Shown here one piece after another: positions 1 through 13,769 of a stretch of DNA of 64,000 bases. The DNA is from Basidiobolus meristosporus CBS 931.73. Taxonomy: Eukaryota > Fungi > Basidiobolomycota. The stretch lies in contig MCFE01000125.1 in the NCBI GenBank assembly GCA_002104905.1, positions 62,001-126,000 of the forward strand. The letters are read 5' to 3'. The notes below the pieces were generated by a model, which did no database searches, had not been told where the DNA came from, and saw only the letters and a list, made by a program, of their open reading frames with translations. The translations under genes were made by a program, and so were the position numbers. Numbering within the stretch: position 1 is the stretch's first letter; each line of letters starts with the position of its first letter.

Positions 1-129
1 TGTTTCAGGACTATATTAGTCAAATCTGCTCAAAATGAGTGTACTCTGTCATGTTTATTTAGCAAACAAGCTAGGTAATTATTCAAGAGCTCAGGAGGCA
101 CTAATACCACCAAGATATTGCTTATTATG

Positions 130-493
130 CACTTAGGTTGTAATTTGCATACAAGGAACTTATCAAGAAATAGTGATAATAGTTGAATTGTTGTTTGTTT
201 GTAAAGAAGCTTATTATATATACCTTGTTGGAAGAAATACACCTATAACACTGAGTGATGAGAGGTTTTCAATACTCAGGAGCATTCTGCAACAGTTTCA
301 GAGTTGGTGCATAATGATTGGTAAAAGGGCTAAATTGAATCTTGACTATAGGGAAATAATCAGGAGATCATAGGTCTGAAGAAAGTGGTGAAGTTTGAGC
401 TGTAGGGAAGTCCTACAGTGACCAAGACTAGTTCAGAGGTGCTGAGTAAGCTTTTAGCAGCTGAATGATACCAAATAGTCCAATATTACAACA
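130..493 (-). repeat. Degenerate copia-type LTR (family B), copy 1
   Basis: The reverse complement starts TGTTGTAATATTGG and aligns by eye with 1090-1453 and 1826-2146. Confidence 0.65.
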
Positions 494-499
494 ATTTGT

Positions 500-1075
500 G
501 TGCCAAGAGATACTCTGTGACATTTCTTGATGATACAATAGGTGATACCATAGGTGTGCTTCCTAAAGACAATGGGTGAGGCTTTAGGTAACACCAAGCA
601 CTTCATGAACATGGCTAGGACACATACTAGGTGTGAAATGAAGGTGCTTCAATGTAAAAATGGTTGTCAAAACCATCTATTGACATGAATATGAGTAAGA
701 AACTAAGTATATGGAGCTACCAGAAGGCTTTACCATTCCAAAATGTCCCTAAAAGATTTGCAGACTTTGAATATTGCATTATGAGCTCAAGCATACACCT
801 AGAGCACAATGTAAAAAGATTAGCACATATCTAGCAGATAAATGGGCTCTTTTCTGTTACTGCATGTCACAGTGTACATGGGAAACAGCTTAAAAAGGGG
901 ATAATCATCCTTGAACTTTAAGTGGATGACACAATATTAGCTACCAGTTACCAGGAGGCACTTCAGCTTGCAAAAGTGTCCTGTTAAGCAAGTTTGGGAT
1001 GAAGTATTTTGCAAACTTGAGCCATCCTCTTGGAGTTGGAGTTGAATATGACATATTTGCCACAAAAACTGTGTT
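500..1075 (+). pseudogene. Heavily decayed copia integrase/RT remnant
   Basis: Broken frames read KVLQCKNG (cf. IRSDNGGEY) and L*VDDTILA (cf. RT LYVDDLIIA), followed by an FxMKDLG-like region; many stops. Confidence 0.5.
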
Positions 1076-1089
1076 CATAAGTTTGATGC

Positions 1090-1453
1090 AACTTAGAGAG
1101 TGATTTGGCTAATAGGAACTTATGAAGAAATAGTGATTGTAGAAGAACTGTTTGTTTACTGATAAAGAAGCCCAGTATTTATACCTTTGCAGGAGTAATA
1201 GAACGGTAACATCAAGTAAGAAGGGTTTCTCAACCTTTAGGAGCATTCTATAACAGTTTTAGGGTTAGTATATATTGTTTCATAAAAGTCCAAGTAGGAT
1301 CTCAATTATAGGGGAACAATCATGGGATCATAGATGTGAGGAAAGTGGCAAAGTAAGGGCTATAAGTTAATCAATCAGTGGCCAAGATTAGTTCAGAACA
1401 GTAAAGTAAACTTTGGCTGCTGAATAATACAAAAAAGTCCAATATTTCTACAA
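1090..1453 (-). repeat. Degenerate copia-type LTR (family B), copy 2
   Basis: Direct repeat of 130-493 (e.g. aggaacttat(c/g)aagaaatagtgat; ccaaga(c/t)tagttcaga). Confidence 0.65.
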
Positions 1454-1486
1454 AGTCTAGGTACATCAGGGAGATTCTCAACCAGT

Positions 1487-1825
1487 TGAAACATTAGAGA
1501 GATATATTGGACGTGAAATGGTGAATTAAAAGATATACATGATATTCACTTGTGATTTACTGAGTTGCAACACAGTATTTATACTTATTGCAAAACTACA
1601 TAGATGTGGCTCTTTGCTTATTATTAGGGAAGTCTCAGGAGTACATGTGCAAGTTTCAGCTCATTTGGACAAGTTTTAAATTTTCCTAAAATTCTGTACT
1701 TCACTAATTTCTAATAAATATAAATTTCTTACAAACTAATTTCTAAGTTGATATTTGGATATATGTCACTTTGACTAAGTGCTAGTTCATAATGCATCAA
1801 TAAATAGGTGGACACCTAATTATTT
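1487..1825 (-). repeat. Diverged copia LTR, related to 10672-10990 and to the 348-bp main family
   Basis: Shares ctcagg(a/g)(g/c)tacatgtgc(c)aagtttcag with 10815-10845; the reverse complement ends ...tttcaac. Confidence 0.5.
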
Positions 1826-2146
1826 TAACAGTATCATTCAGAAGCAAAAAGTCAATGCAGCAATTCTGGACTAAATGTGTCAATGTAGAGTCAATTTACA
1901 GCCCTAAGTTTGCCACTTTCTTCAGATATATGATTCTATGATTATTTCCTATAGTTAAGATCAAGGTAGCCCATTTACCAAAGATTATGCACTAATCATA
2001 AAGCTGTTATATAATGCACCTGAATGTTGAGCAACCCTCCTTGTATAGTCTGACAGTTGTATTACTTTATGAATAAACAACAGCTCAACTACTTTCACTA
2101 TCTTTTGCTAAGTTCCTTATATTCAAAACACTTCTTGATTGCAACA
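1826..2146 (+). repeat. Copia LTR (family B), copy 3, followed by PBS and start of gag
   Basis: Ends ...TTGCAACA. Followed by GGTTGTGGGCCC (2147-2158) and an ORF start MTSTSIQNNTNIFPVKEKFD resembling the copia gag start MSTTVITGIFPSAEKLD at 32966. Confidence 0.7.
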
Positions 2147-2249
2147 GGTTGTGGGCCCTTATAGCCTTAATCTAATCTGAAGATGACTTCCACCAGCATA
2201 CAGAACAATACAAATATCTTCCCTGTAAAGGAGAAATTTGATGCAACCT

Positions 2250-5200
2250 GGCAAAATGCAGCAATATAATGGTATCACAATACAATCAGGTCTGCCACTA
2301 TGATGGGATGCTCCACTATCTCAACATGTAATGAGTTCATGTTGGAAATTGAAGATGTCTTTGAAACTTCCCAACATCAAACACTACAAAGAGGGAGGTT
2401 GAATACCCTCAGACAGAGAGGAATAGTTCAAGAAAATACTGCTAAGTGTAGGTGTCTACTTGGATAAATTGAAATAATGGATCCCTTTGATTAAACTGAT
2501 TACTTTATTGATTAGTTGAATGAAAGAACTTGTAAGGAAAAGAATTATCAAATACCTCAGACTATTGAAGAAGCCATCATGTTTGCCATTGGCTATAACT
2601 CAGCTATGTTTCAAGTTGGAGAGCCCACAATAAGTAATTGGAGAGGCTTTAATCACTATTAAAGAAGTCAATCAGAAGCACTGCCAATGGAAATATATGT
2701 TATTCAGAAGAGTTCCACACCAGAACAATGTAAGAAGGAAACACTTTGCCTCATTTGCCACCAGCAAGGACATGTTGCAAAGTACTGCACTCAGAGGAGA
2801 AATGGACACCAGTCAACAAGAACCTTCAGCCACATTGAAGCCCTTGAGTATAGTAACATGGAAGGTGAGCTTGAAGAAGACTCAGAATGGACTTTCCGCA
2901 TGACAGTAGAATGCATCTCCCAAACTACCCCAAACACAGGGAAGCTATTATATTTGAATGGAGCAATTAACAGAGTACCAGCCTAGCTCATGATTGACTT
3001 GGGAGCATCACATGAGTACTAGTCTGTATGGTTTGCCCTGAAAGCTGCAATCAACTTGGAACCCACCAAATCCACTTCAGCTTCAACAGCTGATGAGGAC
3101 TTGTATATAATTAACTGTATTACTCAGCCAGTAAGAATGAGGATCAATGACTATGAAGGGGACCTACAGGTCTATATATTAGGGAATGGCAAGTTTGACC
3201 TTGTACTTGGGAGAACATGGCTGTTCCATTGTGATCCATCAATTGACTGAAGAATTCATGCCACTCATATCTAAAAAGTCAACCAGACTTATGTGCCCCT
3301 ACCTGCCTGACTGGGTTTCTACTGGGTCAAACCAGTGCATGTGAAACAAGTGAACTTGGAAAGACAAAGTTCTATGCACATTAAAAGATTACCAGGTGTT
3401 TCTTATGGTGGTATTATAGGAGGATTCCCCTGCTCCAGTACCCCAGAAGGTCCCAGCTTTTTTGAAGGAGTCTGTGGATGTGCTTCTAGATGAACCTGTA
3501 AGCTTACCACCAGTAGGAGATGTGGGTCTTACCATTGACACAGGAGATAGCCCTCTAGTAGGCAACACATCTTACAGAATGAGTCCTTTGGAGTTGGAAG
3601 AGATGTAGTGACAAATAGATTAGTTACTGGAGCAAGGCTATATCAGACCCTAGAAGTCACCTTGGCAAGCACCACTGCTTTTTGTGAAAAAGATGGATCA
3701 ACACCTAGGATGTGCATTGAATACAGAGCCCTCAACTTAGTTATCATGAAGAATAGGTATGCCATACCTTGGGTTGATGAGCATTTGGGCCAACTCAATG
3801 GACTCACCATACTTAGCAAGATTGACCTCAATAAAGGATACAACCAGATTAGGGTCAAGCCAGTAGACATTCCTAAGAAAGCATTCTGGATCAGATATGA
3901 GCATTACAAGTACTAGTTATGGGCTGTAGCCTCACCAATGCCCCTGCAACATTCATGACCCTTATGCAAATCAACTTTTAGGAGTACTTAGACAAGTTTG
4001 TGGTAATCTACCTAGATGACATATTGATATACAGCAAGACACAAGAGGACCACTGGGTGCACATGGAAAAGGTCCTAAAGAAGCTAAGAGGGAACAAGCC
4101 ATATGGCAAGCTAGCAAAGTGTGAATTCTTGAAGGAACATGTTGAGTACCTGAGACACATAGTGACTTGCACAGGAATGACCTTAGACCCCAAGAAGGTT
4201 AAAGTCATCAAGAATCTGAAGCAGCCCCATTGCATATCAGGACTGAGATACTTCCCTGGTATAGTTTTCTATTATTGGAGATTTGTCAGGTCCTTAGCAA
4301 GTACTATGGCCTCTTAAACTGATATCCTCAACAAAGATAACACCTTAGAGTGGGACATAGTCTGTGAGCCTGTCTTTCCAACACTCAAGAATACACATAA
4401 GCTGCCAAGCTTGAGAATACCAGACTTTATAACAATGGCTACTCTGTGCACAGATGATTCAGCTTATGCAATTGATGGAGTACTGAGCCAAAAACATGAA
4501 AGTAAGCCCTATTCAGTTGCTGCTGAATCCAGGAATCTGATCACAGCAAAACAGAACTACTAAGCACATGAGGAGATATTTGCAATAATACACTGCTTGA
4601 AGACCTGGAGATGCTATATTGAGGGACTCAAGTGCACCGTGAAAGCTGGTCACATCTCACTCAGGTACATATTTACTCGGAAGGTACTATGCAGAAAAAT
4701 GACAAGATTAAATGAATACACCCAACAATTTGACTTGGACATTGCCTTCTGCTGTGAGAAAAACAACACAATTGCTGATATCTTATCAAGACCAGCACAA
4801 GTTGCAAAATTCAGCTTAGTGTATGAATCAGATTGGCCTAGATTATTGCCAAAGTACTTGGAGGACCAAGGCACTCCTAACCAGGTGGATGAAGAGATCA
4901 AGATGAAAATCAAGGATGAAGCCAGCAAATTTGTAGTACAGAATGAAATACTGTACCAGATTGTTAATGGAAGACCCATTGCCTATTGCCCTTTTGGTGC
5001 TTTCCTGGTTTTAATGCATAAGCTACACAATTGATACGGACATCTTGGAATTGTAGTAACCTTTAGCCTGGTAAAAGCCAGAGCATGGTAGCCCAGAATG
5101 AAACAAGATATTGAGATGCAAGTGAAAAAAAGCCCAAATTGCCAAATCAACCAAGGCCAACCACAAAGAAACACTGAACTCTTTCCGCTGGAGCCTGTAA

Positions 5201-6842
5201 GACCATTTGACAGATGGGGAATTGACTCTACAAGAAGACTACCAACCACCAGGAAATGCAATCCATGGACTCTAGTAGCAATTGACCATGCCACTGAATG
5301 GCCAGTGGCCAAAGCTCTACCTGTAGCTAGTGAACAAGAAGTTGCAAGTTTCTTCTACCATAAGACCCTTATGAAGCTTGGATGCCCTGTAGAAATTACA
5401 TCTGTTACAAGAGTAAACCATATGGCAAAGGCATTGGAAGTGTACCTGGAAGTGCAGTAGATCAAGCTCTTGAAAACCTTGGCATATCAGGCTAGAATTA
5501 ATGGGGTCACTGAGCAGCTTGATGAATTGTTTGCAAAAATGCTAACCACATAAGTAAATGGAGCTCTCAGTAGATGGGAGGAGTATATAGACCAAGCACT
5601 TTTTGCCTTCAGAGTTTGAGTGCACAACACCACCCAAAAATTGCCATTTTACTTAGTGTATGGATGTAAACCAAGGATTACCGGATATCTCACACAACCA
5701 AAGCTGACAGATGCCTTAGAAGATGAGCTCAGTCAGTCAAGTAGACATCAGCAACTGGAACAAAGATGTCAAGAGGCACAGGCCACAGTATCTCAAAGTG
5801 CAGAAAAGATCAAGTAGAGAATTGATAAAACTATATCACCAGAAGCATTGGCAGTTGGGAACTTTGTATTAATGAGAGACAACACTTGGAAGAAGTTTGA
5901 GTCACAATGGATGGGACCACTCAAGATCATCAGAGAATAGACTTGTTCTGTTGGATAGTGCCACATTGAGCCATGAGTGCCAAATAGTGCCATTGAGTGC
6001 CAGAAAGGCATAGCAGACCTAAACTTGGCCACAGAGTGTGAAACATTACTATCCATTTTCATGCAAAGCAGCCCCTGTGTTTCACCCACTGTGCTGGAGA
6101 AAGTCCATTTTTTGACCTTTTTTTCTGGATCAGTGTTGGGCAGGATATGAATGGGCACAGAAGGACTGAAGACATGCATTTGGTACTCAATACACATGGC
6201 ACTCTGAATCTAGCTCCTGTGGCTTGTATCATGTCACAAAAATGCATGGCACTATCTTGGTCCACTGGTACAATCTGGCACTATATTTAAATATTAGTCC
6301 TAAAGTAAAACCTATATAAAGCACTTCTAGTGCCAGATTGTACCAGTGGACCAAGATAGTGCCATGCATTTTTGTGACATGATACAAGCCACAGGAGCTA
6401 GATTCAGAGTGCCATGGGAATTGAGTACCAGATGCATGTCTTCAGTCCTTCTGTGATCTTTCTCATCCTGCACAACATTGATCCAAAAAAAAGGTCAAAA
6501 AATGGATTTTCTCCAGCACAATGGGTGAAACACAGGGGCCACTGTGCATGAAGATGCAGAGCTATGTTTCACACCCTGTGGCCAAGTATAGGCTCACTCA
6601 GCCTCTTTGGTGCATTATGGCATCATTTGGCACTCATGGCTCCATGTGGCACTATCCAACAGAGCAAGTCTAAGGTCCATTTGCAACTTAACAACTAGTG
6701 GACAAAAACAAAAATATCTGGAACATTTGGTTCACAGAGACAGACTCAGGCTTGCAAGACTTACTGACAATACCAAGCTATATATATTGGTATTACAAGA
6801 AAAGAGATTCAGGACAACCCTGTCAACTTTAGCAGGGGAGAA
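2250..6842 (+). mobile_element. 5'-truncated Ty3/gypsy internal region (gag, protease, RT, RNase H, integrase), pseudogenised, with a MITE inserted
   Basis: Gag knuckle CLICHQQGHVAKYC (~2745); protease LMIDLGAS (~2990); RT RMCIEYRALN, KIDLNKGYNQIRV and VIYLDDILIYS (4000); RNase H TWRCYIEG; integrase RPFDRWGID. The PR-RT-RH-IN order is gypsy-type. PPT AGCAGGGGAGAA lies at ~6831-6842. Many stops and frameshifts. Confidence 0.92.
5939..6671. mobile_element. 733-bp palindromic MITE, copy 1
   Basis: Termini AGACTTGTTC...GAGCAAGTCT, ~345-bp inverted arms and a ~44-bp AT-rich spacer. Flanks AAT/AAG. Removal restores the gypsy frame ..IRE-GPFAT.. Confidence 0.9.
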
Positions 6843-7378
6843 TGATAAGATGTACTGCTTACATGTTTAGGTAAGATCAGTTTTTAGTTCAAGCAATTAG
6901 CTTTATGCTTAGCCTATCAGTATATCAGTGTTATCTATCAAATCAGTAACATTAGTCAGCAGAAGATTCAGCAGATCCTTAGTAAACAGAAATAGTTATA
7001 TCAAGTTGGATCTAATTGGATGATGATGATACAGTCAAATAAGTTGTCAGCCACAAATTACATTTCAAAATTCAATTAGTCAGCAATTGATCTGGCTAGT
7101 TGCATATAAAGGGCTGCTGGAACCGTAATAAAAATCAGGTCAAGTTTTAGTGAATACAATACTAACTAAACACTGTGTTCCTCTACAATTCTTATATAAA
7201 GACTTGCAACAGGACTACAGACTTTGGAGAATCAAGATGCAGATACACCTTGAGGTAAGAAAGCTTTAGGGTATAGTAGCAGGAAAGAAAGTTGAGCACA
7301 AGTAACAGCAGAAGAAGTTGGATAAAAACTAAGTACAAGCCTATACTGTTGATTGGATACTTCAGATCAGATTATACA
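6843..7378 (+). repeat. Probable 3' LTR of the gypsy element
   Basis: Starts TGATAAGA directly after the PPT; contains TATAAA and AATAAA. The right end is approximate. Confidence 0.6.
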
Positions 7379-7489
7379 AAGTCTGAACTCTAATTGCATC
7401 ACAGAATATGTATAGATGAGCATCAGCCACATGATCAGAGCAAGTGCTCTCAGATACTGAGCATATTCAGGCATACTCTGTACTATTAA

Positions 7490-8350
7490 ATAGCTGTGCT
7501 TGCGGGCTTTCTGCTGCCTCTTACCTGAGCAAAATTTATCTATAATTAACAAAGTGGGGATGTAGCTTTGCTCCAGTAGATTGGATATATGGCAAACACT
7601 AATCAAGTGTTTTGTGTGTGGTGTGCTTACCGGGTGCAACATTGCTGGCAAAAGCTTGCTAGGAATACCTGGGTTGTGACTCTTCTCTAATAAGAAGGGG
7701 AATAAAGCCACAAGCATGTCAAGGGAGGATTATTGAGCCACAATCTCAAACTTAGTTGGCATCTTAACAAAAGTATTTGCAGGGTACAGTGTCTTTTAAG
7801 ATGACAATGTACTGAAGCTTCCAAATTCAAAACAACTCTAAACTTCACCAGCAGGGACTTGGTAACAATGCAGCAGCTGTCAATAGTTACAAAGGCAGAA
7901 AAGCAACCTGACCTGTACATGAACAAACTTGAGAAAGAATAAAATGCAAAGATACCTACTCTGAGTATTCCTCACAACTAGTGCCTCCAAAGTCAGTTGG
8001 CTGCCAGCTCAGTTTCCTGGGAATGACCTGCAGTCTGGGATTTGAAGTTTAGGCAGCAGCAGGTAGCAGTGATTACACTAATCATGAAGTTGGTATATGG
8101 ATAAAAGCATTGATGATTAATTGTTGAGGGATTGCCTCCCTTATATACTTTGGTCACTGGCAAAGTGCTTACAAATCATGGTGTTCCACAAGGCTCTGGT
8201 AGTCAAATAGCAATCTTAATGACATCAAAATGAGCTAAGAATATTCTAAGTTGATGCTGGAAAGTTCTGCAAGGCACAACATACCCAACCAAACAGGAAT
8301 TAGTTTCCTGAAACCTGTGTAACAAATGGATACCATGCATGGTATAAAAA
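7490..8350 (-). repeat. Partial ~1-kb gypsy-type LTR (family C variant)
   Basis: The reverse complement aligns with 22500-23200 and 11690-12180; ends not resolved. Confidence 0.7.
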
Positions 8351-9439
8351 AGGTTGTTGATCCTTGGGAGTGTTCAGAAGTCTCCTCTGTCCAGAGAAGT
8401 TTGAGTCTGAGAAGTTTCATTCAAATAGGTTATCTATTTAAGTCAGCTATCCCTTTTCACAAGCTTGATCAGATTTGAACAAATTAAACTCCTTGAAAAG
8501 CCACTTTTCTCAGCATTTTGATGGCACATACCATTACTTTCTTGTGGTCTGTAGCTGGGAGCAGCAAGTAGCCTGATATAATTATAATTTGAAGATTAAC
8601 ATCTCATCCATGTTTATATAAATGATCAGCAAGCTCTATATGCCTGGTGATATGTGTACTGGTGTAAGGCAACTAGTTCATACCTTGGTAGTATTTGATG
8701 TAATATCCTATAGTGTATATAAAGACTATTTGTATTTACCTTGGTCAGGAGCTGTGGTAATGGAAAGTATTCCATTACTACAATATCTCTAAACCAATAT
8801 TGCACTCATTTCTTTATTTTGCTTTTTGCTATCGTTACACACAAGTGAACGATCAAGAATTTCCAACTTTGAAGAACAAATACTCCAGACCCTGACAAGC
8901 ACTCCACCCAAGAATATTATGTCACACAGAACACATAGTAGCCAACACATGTTTCAAATTACAGCTCATTTGAAGCAGTACTCAAGGAGTTATGACCAAA
9001 AGAGTCCAATTATTATATATACTATGCCTTATTGCTAGGATTACTAGGGTGACTTTGATCACGTGTAACTTTCAAACCAGCCAATCAAATCACGTGATAT
9101 TTTCACAGTTGCTGCATCTATGTCCAATCTGGGCCACTGCAAAAGTTTAGCTTTGTATCACATGTATTGCTTGCGCAATTGCCCAAAAACTCTGATCCTT
9201 CAAAATTCTCATATATATGACTTCCCCAGCTGAAAAATAAAAGGGGAGCCTCTCTTTCCAGAATCTCCACACTACAATTACAAGTTTAAAGGTTATAAGA
9301 CTTCCCCTGCATCACTTGCACTGTTGAGTATTCTGACTTTGATCAGTACTACATCAGTAAAGAGACTGCAAAGCTCACAAAAATCCAATTGAAGTTCTAC
9401 AAGAAACTGCCTCTTTTCTGTTGGAAAAGTCCTCTCTAA

Positions 9440-9655
9440 GAAACCCCTTTACTCTAAAGACACCCCTTTAGACACCCCTTTAGACACCCCTTTAGGAAAC
9501 CCCTTTACTCTAAAGAAGCCCCTTTAGGCACCCCTTTAGTGTAGAGTCCACTTTAGAGACCACTACAAGAGGCCCCTTTACTCTAAAGACACCCCTTTAG
9601 GTCTAAAGACCCCTTTAGAGACTTCTACAACACACCCCTTTAGGTTAAAGGGGAG
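9440..9655. repeat. Degenerate short tandem array of CCCCTTTA(G)
   Basis: 11 direct CCCCTTTA copies, one inverted TAAAGGGG and interspersed ACTCTAAAGA. Confidence 0.8.
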
Positions 9656-9799
9656 TTCAGAATTTCCATATTAGGAAATATTTACTCAGAAAGGAAAGTG
9701 ACTTCCAAATAAGGAAAAGTTACTATAAAAGTAAATAAGCCCAATAGTCAACAGAAGGTTAGAACACTGCTGTAGAAGTGATAAACACTGCCTACAGTA

Positions 9800-10990
9800 T
9801 ATTTTGAGCCTAAGATTGAGGAAATTATTGAAAGTTATATCTTCTATCAGTATATCAAACTCCCAATAAACTATTTCAGTATTAGCATACTGGAAGTTGT
9901 TGTATATTGTTGATTAGCCTCTACATTGTAGAACAAGCCCCAAACTAATCATAATACAACACAACAGATCCCCATCAGCACTTTTCTTGATGACAGTAGT
10001 AATTCATATTGAAATATCTCTGGATGTATCTCCTGCCACTGTTTCTAGTACCTAATGTAGACATGCAGCTAGCTCAATAAGTGTCTCATAGAGCCTCAGG
10101 ATCATTGGTACTACCAATAGTACCAGTGGTATATCACAAATACCACTCCAAACTAGGGTGGCAGGTAGCTACAATGTGCTTGTGTATCATTTCATTTGAT
10201 GTGGCTACAGACTTGTGCAAGTTTGCTGCCAGAATGCATGTACTTGCTTGACTGAAATAATGTCATCAAGATACAGGTATATACAAGTTATGAACATAGC
10301 TCCTCTATGCGGCAATAATAGGGATCATAGCATGGATATACCTATCATCTACAGTGCCCCTTATTGATCTGGACTCCTTGCTGGGATAGCTCATTTCTTC
10401 AAAGCTTCTTCTCTGTACACATTTTATAAGTTGGAATTTGTCTAACAATGTCCTCCTTAGCATATGAACTTTTACTTCTCTAAGGGTCTTCTTAAAGGGC
10501 AAAGCCCCCACTCCAATGCAATATATTTCACTTAACAGTTCTTTACAGCAGTAGTACTTTTCTGTCTTTTGTAACTTCAAGTAGACCAGGCAGTCTTTCT
10601 CAAGAATAGAGACACAGTACCAGAGCAAAGTAGCAACCCAAGATATAGCAAGTTTAATGCCCCTAACCAGTTGAAATATTGGAGAAATGTATGGGAGGTG
10701 AATAGGAGATTTGTATGATTTACATGGTATTTACTTGTTGATTATTGAGATGCAACACATTATTTTAGTTGTTACAGTACTACATAAATGTTGGTATTTG
10801 GTTGTTTTTAGGGGAATCTCAGGGCTACATGTGCCAAGTTTCAGATTGTTCCAAGACTTTTTACTTTATTAGATCATACTGATTAGCAAATATCATATAA
10901 ACCGCTGCTCAGTGATTATCTTGGTATGTCATGCAACTCAGTGCTAGCCCATAATATATCAATAATTTGGTGGACTCATAGTTTTTTCAC
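9800..10990 (-). mobile_element. Decayed copia 5' portion (LTR, PBS, gag/protease remnants)
   Basis: LTR-like 10672-10990 is followed on the minus strand by TGGTTAGGGGC. ORF 10305-10628 is gag-like (KKTLREVKVHMLRRTLLDKFQL). Confidence 0.55.
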
Positions 10991-11689
10991 TAAGCCTTAG
11001 TTATCAAGATCAGAGTCTCTCCCTCCCATGCTGTAATATGTATTTCTTTGGGCTTTATCTCTGGACACTGTTGTTGTACTTCAAAGACTGTATGGGGCTC
11101 CTCTGCTTTTTCATTGGAACATGGCCCAACTCTTGCCTGTGACATTGGGCTACTTGAGCTTCTTCTTTGTAACCTAATACTGAGTTTTCTACCTGTTACA
11201 CAGATTGCTTTATATGTATTATCTGCTATATCTGTCTCTGGACTATTCCCTGATTTTCTGGGCCATCTCACCAATCCTCTCAGCCACTGCACCTACTTGC
11301 CTCATTAATGCTTTGAGATGAGTCAAGAACATACTTGCTGAAAATGATGGTGGTGCTATAATAATGGTCATTTGCTGATCTTTCAGCAAAAATACTGCAT
11401 TTGCTACATTTTCATCTGCCTGAGCATTATGGTTGTCCTGCAGCTCCCTAGAGACTCTCAAATAGCTATCAAACTGAGAGCCTGAGGAGTCCACTTTGTC
11501 AACTTTAATGGGCACACCTTCAACATGACCTTTCTTGGCTGCATCCCTACTTGTTGCTCTAAATGTCAGCGCAAGCTGTTATCTCACTGTTCTTCTGCTG
11601 CTCTCAGCAGTATTGACTGATAAAGAACTAGACAACCTTGCTTTATTTCTAGGCAACATAAACACTCCCAAGAAACCACACCAATAGCC

Positions 11690-12679
11690 AACTAACCTTG
11701 GAGGTGCTACTTGCAAGGAATGCTCAGAGTTTTTATCTTTGATCATAATTTATTCCTTTCTAAGTTGGTTTTTGCACAGGTCAGGTTACTTCTCTGCCTT
11801 TGTAACTATTGATAGCTGCTGCATTGTTATCAAGTCCCTGCTGGTAAAGCTTAGAGTTGTTTTGACTTTGGAAGCTTTGGTACATTGTCATCTCAAAAGA
11901 CACTGTACCCTGCAAATACTTTTGTTAAGATGCTAACTCATTTTGGGATTGTGGCTCAATAGTCTTCCCTTGACACGCTTGTGGCTTTGTTCCCCTTCAC
12001 ATTAGAGCAGAGTCAGAACCCAGCTATTCCTAGTAAGCTTTTGCCAGCGGTTATTGCACCCAGTAAACACACCACACACAAAGCACTTGATTAGTGTTTG
12101 ACATACATCCAGTCTACTGGAGCAAAGCAACATCCCAACTTTGTTAATTATAGATCAATTTTGCTCAGGTAAGAGGCTACCTAAACTTCCAGTCCCAGAC
12201 CACATGACACTCCCAAGAAACTGCACTGATGGCCCTCTAACCTTGGAGACACCATTTGTGAGGAATACTCAGAGTTGGAATCTTTTATTATATTTTATTC
12301 CTTCCCAAGGTTGTTCTTGAACAGGGAAAGATAGCTCTCTGTTCTTGTAGCTGTTGACAACAGCTGCATTTTAATCAAGTCGCTGCAGGTGAAGTTTACA
12401 ATTGCTCTGACCTTGAAAGCTTTAGTACATTGTTGTCTCAAAGCATGCTGTACCCAGCACATACTTTTGTAAAGATGCCAACCAAGTTGGGGATTGTAGC
12501 TCAATAGTTTTTGCTTGACAAGCTTGTGGCTTTATTCCCCTTCACATTAAAGTAGAGTCATAACCCAAGTATTCCTAACAAGCTTTTGCCAGAGGATATT
12601 GCATCAAGTGGACACCCCACACACAAAAAACTTGAGAAGTGTTGGATGTATCTCTCCCTTGGACTTATATACCGCCACA
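11690..12679 (+). repeat. Two adjacent 3' halves of family-C LTRs
   Basis: Align with 22700-23217. The second ends ...ACCGCCACA at 12679 and is followed by host GTGC (GCGC in paralogues). Confidence 0.75.
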
Positions 12680-13769
12680 GTGCAAACCAATTCTGGTGAG
12701 CTTGTGGCACCCTTTGGCTCACCTCAGCCTTCTGAATATTGCCAGTGGAGTGATAGCTCTGAAGAAGAAGGCTCACTGATTAATTGTGGGCCTATCTCCC
12801 TTCACCATGCACCCTGCATGAGACTGGCAAAATTCCAATATTCAATGAGATAACACCCATAGAAAAAAATGTCAAGGATACTTTATGGAGCCAAGTGAGC
12901 CCAGTAATACATATACTGGTTGATAATATGATGCTGTGGCTAGGGAATTGATATACTTCCACCAATACAAGTAATGATGGTTTTGAGGATTTACTGCTAC
13001 TTATTGCCAAAATTATTCCAAGATGCAACTTGCCATGTACTTGTTATAAGTGTGGTGCCATCATGTGACTGGCTACACAGGACCCAGGGACTAGTCTGAT
13101 ATCTACATGTGGTCATAGCTGCATGGCATTCACATTTGAAAATGTGACTATCACAAAGTGTGCAACCTTACAAATATCTACCACCACAGGAGAAAAATTT
13201 TGATAACACTCTAGATATGTTCCAGCAATACCGTGTCTAAAGCTCATGCTGACCAACAAATATTCTGAAGCTTTAAAGTACCACACAAAATGAAAAATAA
13301 TCCTAGTGATCCTGTCAAAAGGCCATTACAATGCTTAAATCCAGTGACTAAGAGGTGTTGATGCTGTTAGGTCACCTTGCAAATTTCACTTAGAAAGAAT
13401 TGTACCCCAGATTTCACAAAAACCCTAGCCAAGAGTTTTGATTACATTAATACTTAAGTGGCATTTGATTAGTTCTCTGCCAATTTTCTCACTTTCTGAT
13501 CCCAGACACTCTATCACCTCCTACATTTATGTACATATATTGGCTATTAGCTCATTGTCACACTTCTTACTTACTAACTCAACCAATTCTCCTACTTTTC
13601 ATACCTGCAAATTGCTTTATTTCTGCTGAAACTTTATACTTCTATTACAGCACCCAACCATACTTGTCACCTCTCATAAACTGAGTCAGGTGAGCTAGTG
13701 ATGCCTTTAGGCTCACCTCAGCCTTCTGAAAATGGCACACAGAGTGATAGCTCTGTTTAAGAAGGCTCT

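Noticed and set aside
5936-6674. MITE as Tc1/mariner (TA TSD) or Academ (TAG...CTA ends)
   Set aside because: Restoring host frames at three sites requires a net 3-bp duplication with AGAC...GTCT ends; no 9-10-bp TSD is present.
6672-6842. Chromodomain in the gypsy integrase tail
   Set aside because: No aromatic-cage or WxG/TWE motif is visible before the PPT.
9440-9655. CRISPR array or telomere seed
   Set aside because: Eukaryotic context, no unique spacers, and the unit is not a clean TTAGGG-type repeat.
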